The notes beneath the pieces were generated by a model. That model made no database searches and was not told the DNA's origin. It saw only the letters and a program-made list of their open reading frames with translations. Source: Raillietiella orientalis (lineage: Eukaryota). From it: DNA of 64,000 nt. The position numbers were made by a program, and so were the translations under genes. This document shows, piece by piece, positions 13,708 to 25,900 of this stretch (its first letter is position 1; each line of letters opens with the position of its first letter). The stretch is taken from NCBI GenBank assembly GCA_036172245.1, contig JAYWIR010000013.1, positions 3,100,001-3,164,000 of the forward strand. Direction: 5' to 3'.

Positions 13708-16033
13708 GTGCGTGTGGGTGGGGTGCGTGTACACATGCATAGGTGTGTGCACGCAGACACACACAGAAGGACACATATGTATGCGCTACAGGTGAATTTC
13801 GTGGCAGGAAACGCACATGATTGAAATCGTACCGATCGTAAGATTCAGGCCGGATAAAAGTGTGGGGATGATGTACTCACTTTCGGTGTTTTGGTGCGCG
13901 CATGTTGCATCATCGGCGACCCCTGCAATCCACTGTGGATATGCTACGTAAATTTACTGCACTTTACCACGCGTGGCAGTGTCACTTGCACTTTTTGCTT
14001 CGTTGCATTGCCTGCATTGGTCTGCTGTGCATGGTGAAGCATTGCGTCTATTAATTTACTATGTATAAAATCCACAAGTGCTGCACGGACACAATGTGTA
14101 AAGGGAAAATGGTGTGATCAGCCCGTGGGGCCACGCATGCCTTGGAAGAGTGGTGCTTTCTGCTTTCGAAGAAACCGAGTGTTGGAGGGAAGCAACGAGA
14201 GCAGGGAAAATGGTTTGTGAGCGAGTGGTCTTCGCATCTCTAAAGGAGCCCGAGGGCATATCTAACTGCTACTTTGGGATGGAGTGGCCATGGCGACATC
14301 ATTGCAAGCGCCTGCAACCCGATGGCTCCGTGGTAATTCTGGCGTCGATACAATGGATTCGTCATTCGTTCTTAAGGAATAACGCAGAGATCTGGAAGAC
14401 GAAAGATACACGGTTTCCAAGGAAAGGCGTTGGTTCTCTGTCTGCCGTGGAGCACCGAGTAGAATGGTACGATGATGGACAGTTATTTTGTTTTCGTAGG
14501 GTCGTTCAACTCTCTCACGAATTCTGTACACGCAAGGCTCGATCCGACTGATACAGCAGCATCCTTCTGTGGAAAGAACGACGTCTTCGCTTAGCATTTC
14601 CCTACATGCAGTGCCTTTTGGTAGCTGAGTCCGTTGTCATAGTGTCCATGCTGGCTGCTGAGGAACCATTATCCTGGCGAATCACTCGGTACGTGCTCTG
14701 CTTAACGCTGGCGCATGTCACTTGAGCTTGGCAGAATGACCTTTTAGAGAAATTTTTCCAGTAGGTGGCTCACTGACGCATAAGAAGTCCAGAGGGATGA
14801 AAAAGGAAGGACGTTTCCTCTTTGCCAAGCTTAAGCGGATGTGTCCTTTTCGGAAAGTGCTCACACCGTCTCACTGACCAGCTGTAACCCTGTACACGGC
14901 GGTTGTGTGTGGGAGAGACCACGCCGTGTGCGAATTGCATTTACATGCCATCGTATGTTTGTTTGCATGGAAACTTTCAACAGGGGAGGTCAGCATAGCA
15001 CGCTGCCAAGCGCCGGGCTGATAAGGTCAAGATGCACGCCAAATTGATTTCGCTCCATCGTACAGTGCGAGCAGCTCCAGAGCAACGGCTCCTGACAAGG
15101 GCCAGCAGCGAAATCGCCGAAGGTGGCTTGCTGTGGTCACGTATCGGATGCGGAAAAAGTGGGGGGAAAAGGGACCAGGTGCACGAAAGAGCAGCCGCAA
15201 GAAAGGCGGATAACCAACGAAATGGCTCGCTCGAGGGCGCTCGTTTGCTCCGGACGCATTATGTTCTCATCGGATGCATATTCTGCTCGGTTTTCATTTT
15301 CCCTCCCGGGTTGGTAAAGAGTTGCGCGCGCGGGACCGCCGTCGCCACGCCGCGCGGGAACGGGAGGAAGCTCGCGCGCGCACGCGCACTCCGAAACCCC
15401 AGGCAACGCTCGGCTTTTCCAACAATGAGATGACGAAATCCGACGCGGGAAGCTGCGTCTCTGCTCTTCGCCCCCCCCCCCTTTTTTTTTCCGGGAAATA
15501 AAAAAAAAAGGAACACCACACTGTACAAATACTATGTATTTATTTTTTAGACATCGGAGATATTCAACAAACAGGAGGGGTGCTGCTGGCGATGAAGAGA
15601 ACATTGGAACGAAGAGCTTCGCTCTTCACCTCCCCCCCCCCCCCCAATCTTCACATATATGGAGAGAACCCACCCCCGCGCTTACTTTCTCGAAAATTAT
15701 CACACCCTGTGCAAAAAGCATCCTCAGAGTTCGAACCAGGAACAGATGGATGCAAGGAGGAGGCATGACAGGCAGCGCCGAGGCGAGTGATGAAGAAAGT
15801 TCCTCTCCGCGTGATTCGAGAGAGAAAGGACGGAGCATCCCGGAGAGAGTAATTATCAGTGCCACGAGGTGACGAGCCTGGCGGATTTGAATTTTATTAT
15901 CGCAGTTGCGACTCTGAGCGTTTCGTGCGGTAAGATTCTCCCGAAGGAAGAAGCAGCGCGCGTTCGGGTGCCGCCGCTGACAGAATGCTGCGAGCTGGCA
16001 CCAAGGACTGTATAGTTACAAGGGGAAAAAAGG

Positions 16034-16057
16034 GAAGAAGAAGAAGAAGAAGAAGAA
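16034..16057. repeat. (GAA)8 microsatellite
   Basis: Read directly. Confidence 0.9.
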
Positions 16058-16329
16058 AGGAAGAAGGAGAAAAGGCCCTCGAGATATGACGAAAGGACGT
16101 CGCGAGCTCCGTCTCCTTGCAGCCGAAGAGCTGCAAGAAAGGAGACGGAGCTGCCGAGCGATCGGTGCGTGGGCTCTATGCGGATAGATGTTGAGGATAG
16201 CAAACCCTTGCTGGAATTTCGAAAGGCAGGCGAGGAGGAATTAGAGATCGAATCCAAGATGCGGATGCGATCCCACCGCATTATCGGTTGGACTGTGAGC
16301 TTTCGCAATGTTTCGCAACGCGTGTAGCT

Positions 16330-16382
16330 AAGAGCACTGCTGCTTGACTCGCACTGTTCGCGCGAGTCAAGCAGCAGCTCTT
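16330..16382. repeat. Inverted repeat/hairpin with a 16-bp perfect stem plus 5 outer bp
   Basis: ctgctgcttgactcgc (16337-16352) pairs with gcgagtcaagcagcag (16362-16377) around a 9-nt loop. Outer aagag/ctctt pairs after a 2-nt bulge. Confidence 0.9.
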
Positions 16383-19300
16383 GGATGGCTTCTGCATGCA
16401 GAGGAAGAAAACCGAGAAAAAGAAGTTCCCATCCCCAGCTAGCAAGCACAGCCAGTGCAGACGTGTCCGCAGCAAAACCGAAGTCGGTCGCCGGCGCGCG
16501 GGGAATCGACAGGTCGTCACGTGTGCCAAAAAAAGAAAAAGAAAAGAAAAAGGAAGGAAGAAGAAAAAGCAAGCGTTCTCACCCAAAGGAGAAGAATCCT
16601 CCTTGGCGACACCAGAGCAGCGAACGAAATCCCGTGAAGGACGTCCCCATTTGGCGCACGCTCGCTTTCTCCCGTTCGAAGGAGCAGCGACCCTCGGGGA
16701 GGTGGTCCCGTCGCAGGTCGTTCCGAGCTCGCCGGAGAGGGACGTCGCCTTTACGGGTCGCGGACAGGGGACCCGGGACGCGCGCGGAGGCCGGGGAAAC
16801 CTCCGATGTCGCGGCGGGGGAGCGGTTCCGACACGACCTCGCTGACTCTGGGAAGCCCCCCCTCCCCTTGTCTGCCGGCACAGCAGCAGCCGCTGCACGA
16901 TCGCAGGTCTCCCCCGGGCGGGCGGGCAGGAGCGACGGCGTCGACTTCGGCAAACGAACTTCCTGCCTTCAGGGGGTGGGAGGGGGGCAAGCAGGGGACC
17001 GAACGTGGGTCGGTGCTTGAGCGGGGAAGGCGAGCGGAGGGGGGATCCACGGAGGCAGAGGCGCGCACCCTGCGCATGCGCGCGCGCGGACGCTTCCACC
17101 GCCTCGGAGACCCTGGCGATGCCGGCGCGGCGCCGGACCAGGGAGGGCTGAGCCCAAGGGGAGGAGGAGGGCCGGACATGCGGACAAAACGAGCTAATCC
17201 CTCCCTCCCTCCCTCCCTCGCGCGCGGCAGGAGCGGCTGACCTGTTTGCAAGGGCGATCTGATGAAAGGTGGAGAGGGGGAGGGCGGTGGCTGCGGAGCT
17301 CTGGGAATGCCGCCGCTCCCTACCACGAGAGCTCCCCCTCCCTCCCCCCCGGCTCTGCTGCCAGTGGCAGAGCTGCCTCCCACCCTGGTGCCCTGGTCAT
17401 TCCCCGGAGATTGGGGAAGAGAGAGATGGGAGAGGAAGAAGCGTCGCGCCCCGGACTGCGGAGGGCCCCCGCCTCCTCCTGTTCTCGCGAGGATGGAAGG
17501 AACGCTACCCGTGGATGGGTGTCGGGAGGGAGGGGGGGGCGCTCCGGAAGGATGGCGGCGCCCGCGGCGGTAGACGGGAGTGAAGGCCGGAGAGGGGGGG
17601 AGACGCGCGCCAGCATCGCGCTCTACGTCCGTACCGGCGTTTTGTCGCGCGCTCTGGCGGTACGGGCGGAGAGCAACCTCTCTGGCCCTCTGGAGCACCC
17701 GCGGCTCTCGTGCGCCGCCAGAGCAGGCGGTGGCAAAAGCTGGCGTGGCTCGTCAGCAGGCGTCCGTGCGCGCGCGCAGGAGCAGCGCGGAGCGAGCGAG
17801 CGGCGAAAGGGAAGAGGGGAGGCAACAGAAAGGGCAGCAACACCTGGAGACCCGCGAGATGCCCATCAGGAGGTTTCCATCACGACCGGGTCGGCCATCT
17901 CCGGCTCGGCGGAAGGAAAGTCGGGCGGCACCTGGAGGGAGAAAGGCGTTCCGTGGAGCCCGCCCGGCCGGGAAGCGGCGGCGGCAAACGAGGGGGGGGG
18001 GGGAGACGTCCCTCCCTCCCTCCTCCCGCGTCACCGGTGTGGGGACGGGAGCCTCCGAGGACCGGTCGGGAGAAGAGAGGGAAGCACGCCTCAAGGATTC
18101 TGCCGTCCTTGCGGGGAGGACGGCGCGCGACCTTCCCGAGAGATGCCGTGGCGGCGGGAGAGAGCCTGCAGCGGCGCGTCTTCCGGAGAGGCGAGCGGGA
18201 GGATCGCGAGAGACGCGAGAGAGCCCCGCGATCCCCCTCGAGGGCGCCCCTTTGCACTCCTCCTCTTGTCCTCCACCTCCTGCTGCTGCCTCTGAGGGGG
18301 AGGGTCGCGAAGAAGGGCTGCCCTCCAGGGTCGCGACTGCGACGCGGGCGGTCGCCCTATTCCTCGAACGCCAAAAGGACGGAAGGCGGCGGGCGCGCAA
18401 CCCCACCTGCCCAGGGACCCAGGCGAGGGTCCGAGGAGGGTCGGTACGTCTGCCCCCTCTCTCCCGAGCGCATACCTCGCGGCATGTGCTGCGGGAGAGC
18501 ATCGCCGCATGAGGAGCACGCGAGGAGTTCGAGGACGCCCTCGACCCTGCGCCTTCCCCTGGCGGAGCATCCTCGAGCCGAGGGTCCCTTTTCGCCGGAG
18601 GGCTTCCTCTCTGCCCTCGGGGGAGGAGAACGAAGGAGTGACATGCGGCGGCCCCTGCGGAGCGAGCGTGTGGCTCGGCTCCTTCTGCGCTCATTCCGTC
18701 GCCGGGGACAACGGGTGGGGGTGGGGGGGCACGGAGAGCGCTCTTCGTAACCGGGACGCGAGGAAAGATCCGTTCTTAATCGGGGAGGGGGAGGAGAGAG
18801 AGGGCGCACGTCCCTTTCCCCCCAAGTGGCAGGCGGGCAGGGGAAACATACAGCATCCAGGGATGGTGGTCAAGACACAGCGGCCGCCAGTGCCCTCTTG
18901 CCACTCATCCAAGAGCCGCCAACCACTTCTCAGGTACGCACTGGACTCGGATGAAGGAGGCGCCAGCAGGAGCGCGTGCTTAGCAAGCGGAACGCATGCT
19001 CCCTTTCCGGCCCATCCTTCGGATGGAGCAGTCGGTCCCTCGTCCCGATATTCGATTGCCCCCACTGCCGCTCCCTCGACTCTGAACGCCTACCCAACGG
19101 GAACATGATCGCGCGAGCTGTCCTGAAGAGCAGGGATTTACAGAGAGACCCGCCGTTCTCCGGGAAGCGCCAGCGGCGGTCAGCCCGCCCGCCTGCGAGC
19201 TTAAAGGCGAAGTTCGGGGCAACGCGAGGGACCGCAAGTCCGCCACGGGGAACGGTCGGGATGGCTGGGGCAACCGAGGTGGCAGCAAACGTGGTGGTCG

Positions 19301-22300
19301 CCTCTCTCCACAGATCTCATCTGGACCCACCATGGGCAACCCTTTCGTTCCTTCAAGGGCGAGTCATTGGTGTATAGGCATTCGGCTGCCGAATTTATTA
19401 TTATTTAATACGTTCACGCCGGGTCCATAATTCACAGTCCCGCGATAGGGCGGCTCAGTTATTTATCGGTTTTCTTCATCGGACGAGGCCGATTTGGATA
19501 AAAAATCACGTGATGCCTCGTGGCTCACTTATTTATTCTTCCTTGTTAATAGAAGATGATATCAAAACAAAAACACGCATTGCTGTTTCTTTCAAGGTCT
19601 CGGCTACGGTGCTATTGGAGATCAGCAGCAGTGAATGTTACTTGAATTCAGTCTTTGTTTTATGTAGCAGTTCCCCTCACTTTTTTTTTTTTTTTTCAAT
19701 TTTAAGATATCTGTTTGAAATTAACATTTATATACATATGTGTGTGTGTGCGTGTGCGCGCGCGTGGTTTCTTTTCGCTCCTTCCGCCTCTGCGAAGAAG
19801 CGCCGCCGTACTTTGATAGGCGCCCTTCTTGCAGCAAAATGCCCCGCACGCCACCCGTGGAACAATCCACAAGTGGGGTCGGCCCAAGACGGTGGACCGC
19901 AACGCCGCGTGGACCAACCACACACGGGGGGGCGGGGGGGCGATACGCTCCTTCCCGTCGTCACCTTTGCTCTCTCTGTCGCGCGCGCAGCTTCCAGCGC
20001 GGTCGTCCCGGAAACGGAGGCTGGTTAATCGGCTTTCGAAGATAAACCGAGCAAAGTGCCAATGCGGGGATGCTCTTGGCGGGCACAACAATTAGCCCGT
20101 TCTAAAAATAGCGCTGCTCGCAGTGGATGAAAAACGCGGTCCTGCGCTAGCAGAAGATGTCGTTTGCGAGCTCTGCAACACAAATCAAGCGGAAATGCGG
20201 CTTGTGCTCCCAGGCTTCGGGGCAGGCAAGTCGATGCCTGACGCAAGTCGGGGGGGGGGGGGGAGGAGGGGGAGAAACGAGTCGATACTTGAATTTTCGA
20301 TTCTTCGTGCCGAGAGCTGCTGGCACGGCACCTCCCGCGAGCGGGGAGCAGCTGATGGCTTTGGAAAGTCCCATGGTGGAAACGCTGATTGCCGCGGTTC
20401 GCGGTGGTGGACAACGTGGGAACGCGAGACGATTCCGCGAAAAATTTCGGATGCGGAAAAGTGGCAGCTCGGAGGGGGGAAACGCGCTGCGCCTAGAAAA
20501 AGAAACTGCGAGGCTATTGAGCGTCAAGGGACTGCGCGTCTTCGGATGGGATGCAAAGACGACGACCACGGGAGGCAAGCGTGCTTGCATGCGAATGCTT
20601 TCACCTACGTGTGTGCTCCGCTCCCTGCTGGGTTTCCCGCGGGGCGCACCTTTTTTTTTGGGGGGGGGGGGGGGGGGGAAGGGGGTCCTTTACGAAACCA
20701 TGGTGCGGACGTATCTTCCTCGCAGCTTGGAGACCAGCAACGATGGAAACCGCGATGAGTCCGCAGCTCGTGGAATCACGCTTCTTTCAGGTTTGGTTGG
20801 TCGTCGCCTGAACGGGTGCGCCGGTGATCGAAGAGGATCCTTCCACCCTCTTTTTCGTACAAAACGAGCTGTCCCACGTCTCCTGACGAAAGGGAAGCTC
20901 ACAGCACAAAGGCACCCGAAAATCCACGCAACGCGCTCGCAGCCTGGCTACCCTGATTTCCACCTCCCATGGCAACGCGTGGCGTCGGTCGCCCATTGTT
21001 TGGCGCGCGCCATAGCGTCGAACAGGGCTCGCACACTCTCTCGCCACACCCGCGGGCGTCTTTATGCTTAAAAATGGCAGCCTTTTGGTGACACGGCTGT
21101 TTTCTTCCCCGCGTTCTGATCTCTTTTTTGGCCAGAAAAGGAAGCAGAGTTCCCAGGCCCCTTATCAACACGAGCTGCTTGAAAGGGAAGGGGGGGGGGG
21201 TTGAGGGAGAGAGAGAGAGAGAGAAAGAAAAAGAGTCAATAAAGTGACTTCCGCGGACTCCCCTCCTCCGCAGAAAGCACGCGGGAGGCATACAGAAGCA
21301 GCGGCAGACGACCGTCGCAGTGGTTTCTCGGCTGGGCAGCTACGCATACCCGTGCCGAGAGGAAGCTGTTGATCTCAGCCGCCCACCCAATCCGTTGCAG
21401 GAAAAAGGGGAAACAGCAACGGTCGCTCGCTCCTCTTCGGAGAGGTGCCCCGGTTCGCCGCGGCATGAAGGAGCAGCATAACCTCCTCCCCCGAGGTATC
21501 TCAGGAAAGTGTCTCTCGCGTGCGGCATCCTGCTACCTTTCTCCTCGGAAGCCCCTGCTCTTGTGACCAAGAACTCCCAGAATGAGTGCTGCCGTGGGGT
21601 TCGATTCCGCTCTCTTCGGCAAGACACAACAGGGGGAGGAAACGAGGGCGTAAGCCATGAGGCGTGTTCGGTGGTCCAGACATCCACAGACAAAGACAGT
21701 GGAGCGAGAGGATGCAATTCGAGCCCCGGGGCAACGCACCGTGCGCTTTCCTCCATCCGGAGCCAGAAGGAAGGGGAAAAGGGTCGAGACGCACACGGTC
21801 TTGGGAAGGACCCCCTCTTTGAGCTGGAGAGCAGCTCTCCCAAGGACAGGGGGGAAGGGTCGAAGACATCAAGGGTGCACACCACTTTGCCTTCCTTTTT
21901 TTTCCTTTGCCCTTCGCGTCGGAAGGGAGGCACTCACTCCTCCTCCCCTTCCCCTGCCCATCGCTCCCCTGCGACAACCCATCGCCACTGCCGCAAGGAA
22001 GCCGAGCAATGCACAAAGGCTCGCCGTCTCGAGCCTCGGGGAAGCGGAGCTGCTTTCTGCGAGACTACGAGATGCACAAGCAAGCGGAGCTGCCGTCTCC
22101 GTGGTTACGCGACCCGTTCCTAGATGGCGGACGCGTGCCTGCCGTCTGCGAGCCCGCAGTGCGGGATGAGCAGGGGAGATCTCGCGCGCCTGGGTGGATG
22201 CAACGCTGTCGCCTCTGCGCCGAGAGAGCGATGCCCAGGGAGGAGACGACGCGCAGTTGCGTAGGTAACGATCGGACGACCTTCTCGAAGCTACGGGACG

Positions 22301-22919
22301 AACCGTCACGCAGATTTCGGCGTCTCCATCTTTACCTCGAGCAGCGCGGTCCGCCTCTCACGCAGCGCGCAGGTGATGGATTGCGAAGGCAACGGCGGTG
22401 GCGAAGTAGCAGCAAGGCGCTCTCCGGACGATGATGATGTGCGTCGGGCACGCAGGACAGTCGGAACTCGGAAGGAAGAACGGATGACGCTCGGGGTTGG
22501 GCATCCTTATGTGTTCTTTTTATCCTTGTGACTTGCCGATGCAATCGCGCAAGCACCTGGAAGGCGCTTGCGCGTCTTTGCTTTGTTTTGCTTTCGTTTT
22601 TCTCTCTCCTTTTTTCCCTGCTTTGCCTTCCCCTCCCACCGAGGCAAGCCGCCAGAGCGCACCCGGCGAAACGTTTATAATGGTGGTCTTCACCTTTCTG
22701 AGCGTACTCCGCCGGCCGCGTCATCGCGGGAGAGCAATCCCGCGTCTTCCGACGTGGCTGTTATCAGTTCCAGGAGTTTCCTCGGGGGGCCAGCGTCTCT
22801 TCGAAGGAAGACGGCTTCTTGCCCCCGCGCCAAGAGGTGGGGGTTTTGCACGCGCTTTCGCGCAGCGCCGCCGGAGGAAGACAGCGACCGAGGCAGGCAG
22901 CTCCCCCGAGGAGCGGCCT

Positions 22920-22943
22920 TCCTCCTCGGTGGACCGAGGAGGA
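22920..22943. repeat. Quasi-palindrome with 11-bp perfect arms
   Basis: tcctcctcggt GG accgaggagga. Confidence 0.85.
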
Positions 22944-25900
22944 GACCCGAGCCGCCGCGGGAACGCAAGATCGGATCGCCTCCTAGGGATGCTCAATTCG
23001 GAAAACCTCGCCAGATGTGATGCAACCAGGCAGCGATAAAGTAAAGGTAAAGCCAGGCGGCGTCCTTTCCGGAGGACAACAGCTGCATCATCGGAAACTT
23101 CGATTTTTCGCCGTGGTCCGAGGGACTTCTCCCCGTGTGGGGTGTGCCCCCGGGGGAAATTTCTCTTACGGAAGTCCTCCGCAGTCTCCGTCACGGCTCC
23201 ATTCCTCCTTTTCGTGAATGCTTTCGTCTGGGCTGGCAATGGCGTCCGTCCGTCCTGATAGCTGCGAACTTCCTCTTACGCAGATGCTACAGAGGCATCA
23301 AACGAAAACTCAAATACGAGTAGCAGCAGAATAGGGAGATGGTCGATCACCACGAAAGTAGGCCAAGTATAGCAGAAGAGGCGCACGAGAAGCCGTGATT
23401 CCCTCATCTGAACTTGAAGACGACCAGCGCTTGCTGGCTGTTCCGTCTTGGATCCCTGCAAAAAGGCAGCAGCCGCGTTCAACACGGCGTTCCAGCACGC
23501 GGGCACATTCAGTGGAATAAATCTTTCACAAGGTTCAGATTTCTCCCTTTCGTTCGTCAGATGCAAGAAACCCGTGGCAGCGTTCGCACACAAAAGCTGG
23601 TCAGTGACGAACAGCTTTTTTTCCGTTTTTTTTTTTTTTTTTTTTTTTCTTCTTCTTCTCCCTTCTCCCCCTCCTCCCTCCCCCCTCCCCCCCCCCCCTT
23701 CTGAAGTTACCGAACTCGTTCAAGGCGATGCGCGAGCAAATCGCAAATGCGCTTGCAAGATGGCGGCGGTAAAGTGGAAGCGAAAAGCAGGCTTTCCCCT
23801 CCCGAGAGAGAAGAAACCTGCGCAGTATCGCGGTTTTTGTTCCCGTGTTTTTTTTTTTTTTTTGTGTGTGTGTGTGTTTCGTTTTTGTTTTCTTTTTTTT
23901 GTGCGCGCACATGCTGTTTTTTTGTTTTTAGTTAAGGCCGATGAATCCCATTGTGACTCAGTACGCTGGACCGCATTCGTTTGCATAAGCATTCCCAAGA
24001 TTGATGTGGAGGAGAGCGAAGTGTAGAACTGGATTATATGCGATAGAATCCGTCCCATTATAACTTGTGCAACGTAATGTCCGTGAGTCGCGAAAGTGCA
24101 CTGACACGAAAGTTTGCAAACAGTACTTCGCATGGAAGTGCTCGGAAGGCGTATCTGCGGCTACCTCCATGCTGGCACGTTGCTGCGGGAATGTTTTGTG
24201 TGTGTGTGTGTGTTTTTTTGCTTCCTTTCTTTCTTTCGCGCTCTTGCAACCGTAAGATTACCGGATGGAAATTTCGTGCGCATCGCGGATGAAAGGTCAC
24301 AGTTGCGGCTGCTGGAGTGCGGTCAATTTGTATGCTCGGAACGGGAAGATGGTCCTTTTATCACTGCTGGCGAGCGAAAGATGATGGTAGAAATGGTTGA
24401 CTGGCCGAGGCAAAAGGCGAATCGGAGAAAGCGGTTTATTTTTAAGCCTGGATCTTGTCCCTCCCCCCCCCCCCCCCTCCTGCTCGATTGCCTCCACGTA
24501 TGGATGTTGTGAAATGGAAATTTCGGGGGATCCTTCGGTGCCACACGCGTGACGTGCGCGCGCGCCACATCCAGTTTGCCGTTCCCCTCGCGAACGCTGG
24601 TTGCAGCGGCCGCGGAAGCCTTTCTTTTCTTCCCCCCCCCCCCCCTCCCCTCTCCCTTCCCCGAGTTGGACCGTCCCGCCGCTCCGCAGGCGGCGTCCGA
24701 AAGTGCAGCGGCGGTCGAAGGGAAGGAAAAGGAAAGGGAGGGAAAGGGGAAGGGGGGAGGGAAGGAAGAGAGTCAGGGTGCGTAGGAGGAGGAGAAACCT
24801 CAGACCGCACTGCTCGTGCCGCGGCCATCAGGTGCCACGGGCCATCACAGCGACCTCCCGACGACGACGACGACGACGGCGAGAGATGCGAGTCCGGAAT
24901 GACGCCCTGGTCACCGGCCGGACAGAGGGGTTGACTAGGGAACCTCTTCGCAACGCGGGATCCGCTGGGAGGTTGCTCGGTTCCCGGACCGCAGTGTGCC
25001 GAGCGAGATCTACGCCCCCGTTTCGGGGAGGAGTTGGGTCGTGGAGCCGTGCGCGACTCCGCTGCCGTTGCGCGTGTCTGAGGGTCCCCCGCCCCCGGCC
25101 GCGTCGCGCGGGGCAACCGCGACGTGGCTCTCCTCCAGCTTCGCAGTTGCCGAGGGGGCCTCCACAGGTTTCTCGCCGTATCCCCCTGGCAGCGCGACGC
25201 AGGAGCCTCGCAGGCGGGCGCGGCGGGAGGCGGCCTCCTTCCGCGGAGCCGCCGCCCGTCCGGGAAGGAAAGCCCCCGCGTGGCTGCGCGGGGGAGCAGC
25301 GCGAGGGCAGCAACGGGACGGGGGGACCTCGGCCCTCCTTCCGCTGGAGAAGAACGTGGGGTGGGATGGAAGCGTCCCTGACAGGTGGCACAGTCGCCGC
25401 CGAGACCTGCGCGCCCAGCCGCCCCGAGCGCGCGCGGTGCGTCTCGCGCCCTGCGCTGTCGAGACGCGAACGTCCTTCGGGCCGCCCTGTTCCTCCTTGG
25501 CATCTCCTCCGGGCTCAGACCGCAGCTTCTCGGAACGCCCCCGAAAATCCCGGTCCATCGTGTGACCCTCTCCGACCGGGACGCTCCTCCGAGACCTCCC
25601 CTCCCCCCAGGGAGGAGACGCGCGTGCTTCCTGGCGTACGGGCGGGGAACGTCGCTCCGCCCGTGCCACGCAGTGGTTTTCGTCCCTCGTGGCTCCGGAC
25701 GGAACTCGGGGAGGGAAGCAGTAGACCTGTGCGAGAAGTTGTCGGGGTGAACCGGCGGTGGGTTCCCCCCCCCTTCCTCCCCCGGAGAGATGGGGAGGGG
25801 AAGGAAAGTGAGCATCCTCTCCTTCGCATCCCGAAGGGACGCGCCCGCGGCTTCCTCCCCTCCTCCTCCGCGAGGTGGACCTTTTCTCGACCGCCGCCTC

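Noticed and set aside
14538..14555. LDPTDT, similar to the tarsal-less/mille-pattes LDPTGxY peptide
   Set aside because: It lacks G and Y, is single copy and has no short-ORF array.
16281..18809. Stack of 270-350-aa ORFs on both strands
   Set aside because: Same GC artefact; no domain, and no consistent codon bias like that of the rootletin exons.
21590..21615. GGTTCGATTCC T-loop-like motif
   Set aside because: No cloverleaf, D-arm or acceptor stem; not a tRNA.
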